A DNA stretch of 42,854 bases from Ginkgo biloba (lineage: Eukaryota > Plantae > Ginkgophyta), in NCBI GenBank assembly GCA_024626585.2, contig JANKJI020000001.1, positions 19,372,045 through 19,414,898 of the forward strand, written 5' to 3'. Position numbers and translations under genes: made by a program. Below the pieces are notes generated by a model, which made no database searches, was not told the origin of the DNA, and saw nothing but the letters and a program-made list of their open reading frames with translations. Below, in pieces: positions 25,101 to 37,100 of the stretch (its first letter is position 1; each line of letters starts with the position of its first letter).

Positions 25101-28100
25101 TCAAGTGACATTACAATATACTATTATGACATTAGACAACCAAATGTCATAATGTACAGTCCAACACTCCCCCACGCCTAAACCTTTGTCTTGTCTAGAG
25201 AGAAATATGTGCAAAGTGGTATGGATCACTGCCTTCATCTTCTGCCAGAATGCCTAAGCAACCAACCTCGATATCTGACTTTGCTGAAGTCAGGAACATC
25301 CCTATGGTGTATGCGCCATCTACTGGTCTGCCTGGGTAACCAATAGCAGCAACAGCCAGTCTATAGGTCGCCACACTGGATACAGGGCTTGTTGTGAAGA
25401 TACCCTCCATCTACCATGCAGTCCATTGCATCAATCATTCCAATATTAATGCAGCATCCACATTAAGGAGAAGGCACCCATATTGCTCTCTACTCCTTGC
25501 TATATCTTTCCAATGGAGGAGGCACCTTGTTTTCCTACTACTACAATCAATTTTCTAAGATTTATTCTTGATTTCACTATCTAGACGATCAGTTTAGTTC
25601 TTCCATTGGTGGGTGAGTTGTCACATGTTCTCGGTATTGTAATAATGAGGTTGCTACGCTCCACCTTTAAGAAAAACCTTATCCTCAAAAGGAGCCAAGG
25701 TAAAAAAACTCCAAGGTGTGTAATGTTGTCGATCTGAATCTGTGCATCTCCAAAATGATCTTTTGTTGTCTTCACAAACTCATCTTCTATAGTCCATGTT
25801 GTTTATGCTGTAATTAAGTACTTGGTCATACAAAAAATCAACACAATTGTNNNNNNNNNNNNNNNNNNNNNNNNNNNNNNNNNNNNNNNNNNNNNNNNNN
25901 NNNNNNNNNNNNNNNNNNNNNNNNNNNNNNNNNNNNNNNNNNNNNNNNNNGACAATTAACCAACTGTTGGTTTAAGTGGGTCCCACTAGGTCACCCATTT
26001 TTACCAACATGAAGCTACTAGCTTTAAAGTTGTTGCTTGTTGATGTGCATAGATGATGTAAAAGTCAAGTCAATGAATCAAAGTTGTCACACAAGAGTTA
26101 AGTTTGGGTAATGCTAAAGTTCTATTCATACCACTTCGACTGCCAACCAATTAATGTCGAAGTTGCCCATGTCAACATCAAACTAGAAGAGGTCAAAGCC
26201 ACAACTAGGAACTGGGTAATATAATGATATTAGAACTAGAAATTTCAATGTCAAAGAATAGTTGTTTGAATGGATTCTCAAAGTCAAAGACTAGTCGTGA
26301 AAGGTCTTATTGAAGACACAACAACTATTTTTTTGTCATCGGATTGCAAGGGACTACAATCTCATTTGTTGAAGGGGAGAAGTAATTTCGAGAAGTTTGC
26401 AGAAAGGGGGGATTATAAAAACATTTTCACATACTAGTCAATGTTTAGTAGAAGGAATGATGAAAGGTATTGTACCCCAAAGAGGCATTGTAAAAAAGTA
26501 TGCTTAGTATCATAAAAAAACTATATTAGAAGAATGAGGATGAAGTCAAATCCCAATTCTCAAGAGTCTAATGGAGTCTAGCAGATCATTAATAGTTGCT
26601 AGGTGCTGACAGTTGCATTTATGCATCAGAGGTTTGGCTACCCACATAGGTAGAGCCCATAGGCAGTTCTCATGGCCAACAGATAGTGCCAGAGAACATA
26701 TTGCAAAGACTTTCCCTAACAATCCTTCCCTACTAACGATTAACATACTAACCACTAACATGACTAACACTAGCATAAATTAATATTTGTTTTGAAGTGG
26801 TAAATGTTTTCATGCTTACTTATATATGATATTCATTATTATTGTTTCTAGGGAAGTAGACTATTACAAAATGCCACCAGTAGCGTGTTGGCACAACCTG
26901 GCAAAGTAAATATCGATCAACCTATATACTTCGCCAGTCAAAATTTATCATCTGCAGAACAAAGTTATACCATCACCGAACGAGAAGGGTTAGGAATGGT
27001 ATATTCACTACAAAAATTTCAACATTACCTACTAGCAACACATTTCACATTTTTGTGGACCACCAAGCATTGTTCTACCTCATCAATAAGCAAATACTTC
27101 AAGGGAGAATTAGTTGATGTTATTATTGTTATTGTTGTTCCAAGAATTTAACTTTGTAGTAGTCATTGGACTTGGAACACGTCACAATGTTCTTTACCAA
27201 TTGTCAAGTAATGACACGAGACAAGCAACCACTAGCAAACAAGACAACTTCCCTCATGCAGCCCTGTTCCACATATTATCAATTCCAAATTGGTACAATG
27301 ACAATGTTGAGTATTTATCCACAAGAATCATGCCACATGAGTTAGATAAAACAGAGCAATGGAATTTGGAAAGAAATGTAGAACCATACCAATGAATTGG
27401 TGAGTATTATACAAGATGGGACTGGACCAAATCTTAATAAGATGTGTTATTAAGCATGAAGTACCAACCATTGTACAAGAAGCGCATGAAGGTGTAGTAG
27501 GACACCTAGGGAAAGATGGTACAGTCTGCAAAATATTGTTAGCTGGATTGTGGTGGCCTACATGATTCAAAGGTGTAGAATGTCGTGCAAAGAACTGTGA
27601 TATGCCAAAGAGTGGGTAAACCAAAAGTCGCTCATNNNNNNNNNNNNNNNNNNNNNNNNNNNNNNNNNNNNNNNNNNNNNNNNNNNNNNNNNNNNNNNNN
27701 NNNNNNNNNNNNNNNNNNNNNNNNNNNNNNNNNNNTCAGATTCCAAAGAATATGAGAAGCAAAAATTCACGATCAAGATGAAGAAGCATACCAACCTAAT
27801 TCTCCAAGGTCCTGGCTGAATTTCATTTAAGGATAAGTCCACCGCAAAGCATTCCAAAAATAACCCATGACTGATCAAATCTGCCAATTTTCATACCCTT
27901 GTATAACTATTAAAATAGCACAAAAAAAGTAGCTTTCAAAAGATTGGCAACATGACCGAATTTCCCTACAGAGTCGTACTTTGTTTGGAAAAATTGAGTA
28001 CGAAATCAAACAGAAGCAATCAACTGTGACAAGTTTGGGGAGTTTACTTAAACCATTTTGACTGAACAGCACTGCTAGCAAAAGGCGGCCCTTATAATCC

Positions 28101-31100
28101 TGCACTCCATACCCAAAATTTTGATTCTGGCTTGTTGCAGAACCCAAGAAAGCCAACCCTCGAATGGAGATACCCTTTCTGATTGGTGATGTACCAAAGC
28201 TGAATCCCAAAATGCTTTCTACAGATGGCAATGCATGGACTCGAAGAACATGTGTACATGGTCCTTTCCCTTTATTAACCATACACGCTAAGTGCTTCCC
28301 TTTGGGAACATCCCATATCTCTGGTGGAATTTTCCACAAAGCTGATGCCACGTGAATCATACCCTCAAATAAAGCCATGGCAACTAAAGTAACACCTGCA
28401 ACCTATGACCAAACACTAAGTACAAATGGCTGCAAAGATGTAAAACCTAATAGAAAGCAAAACCTCACATAGATGAAAACCTGCTGAAAAATGCATGAAT
28501 TTCTGAAAAAAGCATGTAAGGATCTATCTTGTGTACTGCATAAACTATTATGTAATTCCAAAGGTTGCAACTGGAATGAATACTTTAGTCTATATCACAT
28601 TTATTTGAAACTCGTATTTTACCTTCCCTACTAGTTTTTCACCAGTGAAGTTTTCATTGGATGCTGCTATTCTTTCTTGTTTCTGGAAAATCTTTTTTTG
28701 TCCGGAAATAACTAGCGGGGTTGAAAGCACCGGTTGAGAAAGCAAACNNNNNNNNNNNNNNNNNNNNNNNNNNNNNNNNNNNNNNNNNNNNNNNNNNNNN
28801 NNNNNNNNNNNNNNNNNNNNNNNNNNNNNNNNNNNNNNNNNNNNNNNATTAGGCTCAATGAAAGATCCAAAGGGAGAAGAAATAAGGAATTATGTGGTGG
28901 TATAGTGGAGCATTTGTCGAATGATGGATGATGTTCAATAAATGGGATAAAGATAATAATAGAGGATAAAGTAGTCAAGGACATAATTGGGTATTCACTG
29001 ATTAACGAATGAGGTTCGATGAATGGTATAAGGTGTTTTGACGAGGAGAGCATTAGCCTCAATGAATGGTGTTGTGGCCAACAAATAGGAAATTGAGGTT
29101 AATGAATACGGAATAGATCTCGATGAACGATGCAGAAGGTTTTGGTGAACCATGAACATCCCAACAAACATGAAGAAAAGGCAATAAACATGGTCAATGG
29201 TGGAATGAATGACGTGAAACATTTGTCGAATGACTCGACGAACGGAACACAGAAAGTCATTGGCGGGAAAGAAAGAGAAGACGAAGGAAAATAAATTTAT
29301 TGATGTCAGTTAAGAAAAAATATTGGTGTTGATAATGAATCACTCCAGTCTGAGATGATGGTCTCTAATAACCCATCGAATTTCTCCTTTGACACTCTAA
29401 AATAAGCCTTTACTAGCGATAGTAATCCTCTGATAGACCTGGTGGGATGATGACAATGAGCAAACCTCTGAAGGATGACCTCCAACATTCTTTTGATAGT
29501 CTGCAAAAATTCTTGAGTCTCCATTTGTATCCGACGCCCATACAAAATAGGTGGAGTGTTATCATCATCCAAATCATTGTCAACGTAGAGATAACAAAGC
29601 TATTAAGTGTAGGAATCTCCTTGAGATTGAAGAAGAAAGGCTCTTCACTACTCGTACTAAAAAACTTGTTACATCTACGCAAAACTCTTGTTGCTCTAAC
29701 AACTTTTCTTGGCCAGAAATAACTAGCGAGGTTAAAAGCATCGGTTGAGAAAGAAAACAAGCAGAAGGCAACAGGTCTCAAATAGTTCCACTTGGTCAAT
29801 CCAACCACTTTACTTCCTTTGAGTGCACTTATTGTTCCATCTCCATCTGTTACCTGCAAGTTGGTCAAATTAACCTGGAAGTATAATTTTAGCAAACAAA
29901 TTTTTTGTCTTTCCAGTACATGGAAAGTTAATGATGAAACAGGAAGATCTATCTGTAAGGTTTCAAAAACATGTGAAGTTTAGTAGTCTTGTACCAGCAT
30001 CAAGTCGAGCATTTCCAAACAATCTGAGATAGCTGCAAGACGATTAGGTGCCTGAATCACAGAGCAGCTCCTCACAGGGCTCCGAAATACTGCATCAGCA
30101 ACCTTCTTTTGATTTTCACTGTCTATCTCCCAAACTTCAGCAGTATTCTTACAAGCACATGAATAACAAGAGTCATATATGACATATAAATTGAAAAGTT
30201 GAAATAAACCTTAAAGGCACAATCCTATATTTTCTCCCCTTGCCTTTTTAATTTCTCAGAAAGGTGGAAAACACAAAAAAGTAAGATGTCTTCCCTCTCT
30301 TTCAAATGTATCTGACTACATGTATATATGTACCCGTCCTGTCTTTGATCCTGTATGCTAATCTATATTAATTGCTTATAAACATGCATGNNNNNNNNNN
30401 NNNNNNNNNNNNNNNNNNNNNNNNNNNNNNNNNNNNNNNNNNNNNNNNNNNNNNNNNNNNNNNNNNNNNNNNNNNNNNNNNNNNNNNNNNATTAGTGATC
30501 AAGGAGCAACTCTCCTAAATCAAACACCTAACTGAAGAGTTTATGATTATTCACCGCAAATCCACACCCTACTCTCCTCACGCTAACGATCTTGCTGAAA
30601 GTATCAACAAGATACTTAAAATAGTCTTAACCAAAATATGCAATGTCGGTCAAAATGATTGGGTAGAAAAACTTTACTCAGTACTATGGATAGACCGGAC
30701 GATAGGGAAAAAAGCACATGGTTACACACCTTTCAAACTAGTTTACGGTCAAGACGTTATTATGCACTTTGACTTTGTTGTACCTAGATTAACAATAGTC
30801 AGTAGGTATCAATTAGGGGATGTCTAATGCCAAAAAATTCACCTCCACCACTTAAATCAACTCAACGAACCTTGAGCCATTGCATTAAATATAAAAGATA
30901 ATTAACCAACCAATAACAAAAAATATAATAATAAAGTTGTCATTGCATTAATATGGCATGACTAGAATTAATGCGCACAAATATGACAAAATTAATGCTA
31001 TATTTTTTAAGGGCCAACACAAAGGTGGAAATAAATAGGTTCGATAAGATTTTAGCAATAGAGGAGTTGTAAATCTATGAAATATAAAGTGTTTTTTCAA

Positions 31101-34100
31101 TGAGATATTCTTGGTTATTTATGTGCATAGAATGATAAACCATTAGAGGTTTCAACTAGATGGCGTCTTTTGATTATGGAATTTTAAATGAGTATACTTA
31201 CACGTCTTTTGGATACTCAAATATATTCATATGCATATTGGTAAAATTTATAATAAAATATTTGAGTTATTTAATCATTCACTTATAACTATTAGTAATA
31301 ATGACAAATGGATGTCTAATAAAGTTAGCAATTTAGAATAATTTGTCAGTACGAATTAGCATTTGGATGAAATTGATTGGACCCAGGAAACGATGGTTGG
31401 AGCACGATGGAAAACAGAGGACGCACGAGGAGGCGCGGGTGGTGGAGTTGAAGGTCGCACGGGTGGTGGTGCAGGCATTGGGGGAGGCACAGGTGGAGGC
31501 ATTATAGGGTGGAGCAGGGAGTGGCACAAGAGCGGGAGAAGGAGACAGAGCGGGAGTAGGTGGCGTGGGGAGTGGCGCAAGTGCCGGGGGAGGCCCAAGA
31601 ACGGGCGCGGGTGGGGGCTTAGGTGCAATTGATGGAGCATCCATGGGGGGTGGCGTAGGAGAACGCAGGGGAGGACTGGGAACAAGTGGTGGGAAGGTGG
31701 TGTCGCAGGCTCAGGGGGTGGTGCAGGTGGTGTCATAGGTGTCAGGAGTGGTGTGGGGGGAGTAGAGGGAGATGGAGCAGATGAGGGTGGTCCGGGAGGT
31801 GCGGGCGTTGGTGGGGGAGGAGGAGGAGGTACGAGCGTAAGTGGTGAGGAGGAAGGTGAGTAAGGAGCTAGAGAATTCTCGTGGGGAGGTTGTGTGGGGA
31901 AGGCATGTAGGGAAGAAGGACTCACGGAGAGGGCACCTGGTGAACATGCATAGGGAGGGTCCGATGGGGAGAACTCAAACAGTCAAGATTCGATACGTAC
32001 AAGCAGGGAGGTTGAACAAGTATCGGACTATACTATGACTTCACATGGTTACATCGATGAGANNNNNNNNNNNNNNNNNNNNNNNNNNNNNNNNNNNNNN
32101 NNNNNNNNNNNNNNNNNNNNNNNNNNNNNNNNNNNNNNNNNNNNNNNNNNNNNNNNNNNNNNCCTTGGAATGTCCAAGACCAATTGAAGATGTTCCCCAT
32201 GCTTTTCCTTGTTCATGTTGAAGATCATAATATCATAAAGAAACACTGCCACTAATTTCCCCAAGAAAGGTTTGAGGATGTTATTCATCAATCTCATAAA
32301 TGTAGTTGGAGAATTTGTTAATCCAAAGGGCATAAGAAAATACAATGGCCATCCCTTGTTGTAAAGGTTGTTTTTCTACATCCTTAGGATGAATTCAAAT
32401 CTAATGATAACCATTCCTTAAGTTGATATGAGAAGGTATTGTGTCTCCCTTCATGGTATCCAAAATGTCATCGATCCTCGGAAGAGGATACTTGTCCTTA
32501 ATGGTCACCTTATTCAAAGCCTTGTAGTCCACACACATTTGCATAGAACCATCCTTCTTCTTTATTAGCATCACTGGTGCACCATAAGGAGACTTTGATG
32601 GCCTAATAAACCCTTGATCTTGGATTTGTAGACATTTGTTTGATCTTTGATATATGTTTATTATATACTTTTTTAGTGTGATATTCTAATTTGTTTTGAT
32701 GAGGTTTTTCTTGGGTAGCAATTTGTTGTTGCAAGATGGCTATTAATGTTGCAGTTTTATCTATTCTTAAGTAGTGACTAGGACTTACCTTGGTTGTATA
32801 CAAGCCATAGTTATGGACCTATTAAGTGGTGGTAAAGTGGCCTACTAAGTATCAATAAGATGTTTTTTAAGTCTTCTAATGGTCCCTTATGAATAAGCTA
32901 CTAGTAGGGATGGACACTCTAGCTTTCTAGGGTTAGCTTAGTGCCAAAAAATGGGTTGAAATAGACCTATGCCTAGCACCCTTGCTAATGCAGGATTGTG
33001 GGATGGAATTTAGCAGATCAATATTAGTTGTTAGGCATTGACGATTAGCATGTTTCGTGTTGAAGGTTTGGTTTCCCACCTTTGCAAGCCCATATAGGTC
33101 GTCCCCACATCCAACAGTGGGTGGTTAAATCCCTTAATACAAGTCAACCCTAGTCAAACAATATTCTTTGTTGAAACTNNNNNNNNNNNNNNNNNNNNNN
33201 NNNNNNNNNNNNNNNNNNNNNNNNNNNNNNNNNNNNNNNNNNNNNNNNNNNNNNNNNNNNNNNNNNNNNNNNNNNNNNAGTTGGATGAAGTTATCACCTG
33301 TGAGAATGCCCTAGCCAAAACCAAGTAGACACTAGAGGGTGACGATGCCCCACTAGTGACATCAAATAAATAATTCGATTCATCCTTACATAATATCAGG
33401 GAATTATTAGATAGCATAGGGCTACCCCCAGTGGTGAAGCCAAATAATTATTTCCTTTAGAGATAGAGCTCGATGCCACCTTGGGAGAATTCACCCCCCA
33501 ATTTTTAAAGCAATTAGAATCGGTGGAGGAGCAGGGCAACCGGTCCCTCTATGAATTTGTCATAGGAGTGGAAAGAAAGGTAAAAAGGGTGCAGTGTGTC
33601 AAGGAGTTCGTGGGTCCCATCTTAGTTGAGCATACCCTAACCTTGTCCATGGATTCCTCACATCAAGAGTGTAATGAGAGAATTGCTCTTAAATACATTA
33701 GGTATGTAATAGACTAATTAAGTGCATAAGTAGCCTATTATAGTGGGATGAAGAGACATGTCCGCACAAACAAACACAACCCTAGCTTTCCCAATCCTTC
33801 ATAGTCTCAGACATTATATTGTAGACTCGTCAATTGTTTCTAACAATTCAAAAAATCATTGCAGACCACCCAAATACAAGTGGCTTATCTTATTACAAAT
33901 CCATGAATGTTATCATTTGATACTAAGTACATACATTACCAAGGTTGGTCATTGACCTGGTCTCTAGTCCAACTATGTTATAATGTACACAAGACCTGCC
34001 CATGTACATTACATCCATTTAGTGTGATGTGGAATTTTTTGTCAATTGTGATTTGATTCCTACAAGGTTAGCTTTCTTCACTTCTTAAAGAACTTCACTA

Positions 34101-37100
34101 ACATATTTCGAGGTTTTATAGAAAAGTTTCCTTCTAGCTCTAGCCATTGAGCTCTAAGCACAACCCTTATTGCATAAATATTAGATTTACAACTTTAATT
34201 ACCCATTGTCGACTTAACCTATTCACACTTGGCTTGGCATGGATGGTTTAGATGCTTATCTTGATTCGTATTTTTTGAATTATGGGGATGCTTTGCCAAC
34301 ACAATGTTGATGAAGTTTTTGGGTACTCTCTAAATTAACGAAGACTATAGTATCCTCCTCTTAGATGTTGGCCTTGATCTTTTCAGTCTTTGGTCCACTT
34401 GTTCATGTTGGTGATCGTGTTGATGTCACTAGAGATTCAAGGGAAATCCACCTTATAGTACACTCATTATCTAGCTTGACATCAATGGTCTCCTATGATT
34501 CCATCTATGCCACTTTTTTTAATGGTTCATCCTTAACATCATCATATTTTTGTATTCCTTTATCTTCTTTGTGTTCTTCAACCATAAATCCTACTTTTCC
34601 TTCTTCTTCTTCATGTTTTTTTTACTGTAGCCATCATGTTCTTCTTCTTTCCTTCCTTCCTCTTCTTTCTCAAGAATTGGCGATGAAACAATGAGTTGAA
34701 TTTGATTGAATGAAGGGAATCTTGGAAAAGCCCCTCTATTGTAGCCTTTAGATCTTCAATATTACATGTCATATTTATTGCTTCTAATAATTTGATGGAG
34801 ATAAGTCTTAAATTTTATACTCAGTCCAATATCTTTAAGACCCTCGATTTATTGCTTCGACATTCTATCCCTTGGCAAGTTGTATTCCACCAACAAGTAA
34901 GTCTCTAGCTTATTGATCCATACAAAAGGACATAATATTTAATTATGGAATTTCTTCCATTTTTTTACACTTTTCTCTAAGACGCATAATTTTTAGTACT
35001 AAAATCACCATTGTAAGAATGGCTAAGAATTGGGTTACCTTTTAGAAGTTATAGAGTCACCAAGTGACAAAACTTGAAGTTATTTATAGGAAATCAGGAT
35101 AGTAGAATCTAATTAACTTGAATGTGCAGATTTTTTCAAAACAACTTGATGCTCTCAGCCCAAAAATTCATTGCTTCAACTTTAACCTTATACCAAGGCA
35201 TGAAATGCTAGCCAAACTTGTTTTCATTGTTATAAGAGCTTTTAAAAGCCAAGTANNNNNNNNNNNNNNNNNNNNNNNNNNNNNNNNNNNNNNNNNNNNN
35301 NNNNNNNNNNNNNNNNNNNNNNNNNNNNNNNNNNNNNNNNNNNNNNNNNNNNNNNNNNNNNNNNNNNNNNNNNNNNNNNNNNNNNNNNNNNNNNNNNNNN
35401 NNNNNNNNNNNNNNNNNNNNNNNNNNNNNNNNNNNNNNNNNNNNNNNNNNNNNNNNNNNNGGTTAGGGAAATTGTACTTTCTAAATATGCAAAGAAATTT
35501 CTAAAATTTTTTAATCTAATTCCAAAAATATGCGATTACGGTCACACCTTCAACACCCTAACTAAACTTGCACTGATCTTTCTAGGGGCGCTTAAAATCT
35601 AAATGAAGTGAATTTTTTTTAATCTCTATATTGATGTGTGTGTTAGTACCTACAATAAAATTCCAACAATTCTACCATATTTACAATCGAAATTGTTGAT
35701 TTTGGCTGAAACTCTACAAAACAGTTCTAAAAAGTGCTAAAATTTGGTCAACTTGGTCTACATTTTCCGAAAGCTTTTGAAATCCAAGTCAAGTGATTTT
35801 TCTATCAGATTGATTGTCTAGAATTGATATTTTCAAGTATGTGAAAAGAAAAAACAAAATTTTGTCATTTGCAACTATAGATTTGATGATTTTCAATCAC
35901 CCCTCCATAATAACAAGGAAAGCGGATTTGATACCACTTGTAGTGAACTTTAAAAATTATACTACTTAGATCCAACAATATAACACAAAATTTACAATAT
36001 AACACAAAATACCATGGTAATTACTCCATACATAAGGTAATACACTGTGCAATAATATGATGCCATGCATATAAGATATTAAATCTCTAAAAAATGGGAA
36101 GTCACAAAAGATCGCTAAATAGATCTCCCACAAGTTCTCTCCAAAAATTGAGCAACAAATCTACAAAATATTCAAATAAAAAACGATGATTAAATATCAA
36201 ACTTGAGTGCTCTTATATACTAAAATTTAGTTCCCACTTAACATAACCTTANNNNNNNNNNNNNNNNNNNNNNNNNNNNNNTGACCTTCACATAGATCGT
36301 AACAAACCCTTCTAGAACATTAATATGGTTACACTTATCCTACATGATTAACCATAGTTATATGCATCCACTAGGATACACAACATGTCCTACCTCTTGG
36401 AAGCCAATACTATGGTATTGTAAGTTTCCTCCAATGATTTTAGAATGTTTGATTCAATTGTGTTGCTACTCCAACAATCTTTATTTTTGCAACTTTTATG
36501 ATTAATGGTTCGTCCCCTCGTGACCAACTGATTTGGCATATTGAACTGACATGAGATTTTTCCCTTCCTTTCCTCTAATCATCTCTAGAATCAACACAAG
36601 ATTACATTGCTCCATACATGGCATTCAAAGACCTACATTGCTCNNNNNNNNNNNNNNNNNNNNNNCCCATGATGTTTAGCAAGAAATTGCAATCAGTGTG
36701 ATAATCAAGGTTATGAGATATCTGGCCAATGTATTGAGCCTAGACCTCGTCACTAATGCAAAATTGACCCTTTCAAGATTCAAATTTATGTAATAGAATC
36801 AAAATATTTGCTAAAATTTCAATTTAGATTGTTAGTAACACTGTTGCATGCTACTAAATGGGTTAATGTGCATTTGTCTCCTCACATGCTCTCATTATGC
36901 TCATATGCAAGAATAAGTGAGAANNNNNNNNNNNNNNNNNNAGTGAGAATTGACATTGCCACATCAAAAGAAACTCATAACATGGCAGTTGGAAGAGGTA
37001 ACTCTATCAATGTTACACCTCTTATCCCACTATGAATAAGAAAAATTGTTTAGTTGGTTAGAATAATTGTATTGATTTCATTGATGATCATAAACTCCAA

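Noticed and set aside
25195-25410. 71-aa minus-strand ORF as the missing exon after exon 5
   Set aside because: No DDB1-like motif and no donor; it lies just upstream of a PPT and LTR, so it is retroelement internal sequence.
26546-26776. 76-aa minus-strand ORF (..[14 protein letters not shown]..) as the missing exon
   Set aside because: Only vague similarity and no convincing phase-1 donor.
36480-37035. Possible copia RT remnant on the minus strand
   Set aside because: Only faint motif traces; not reliable without a profile search.
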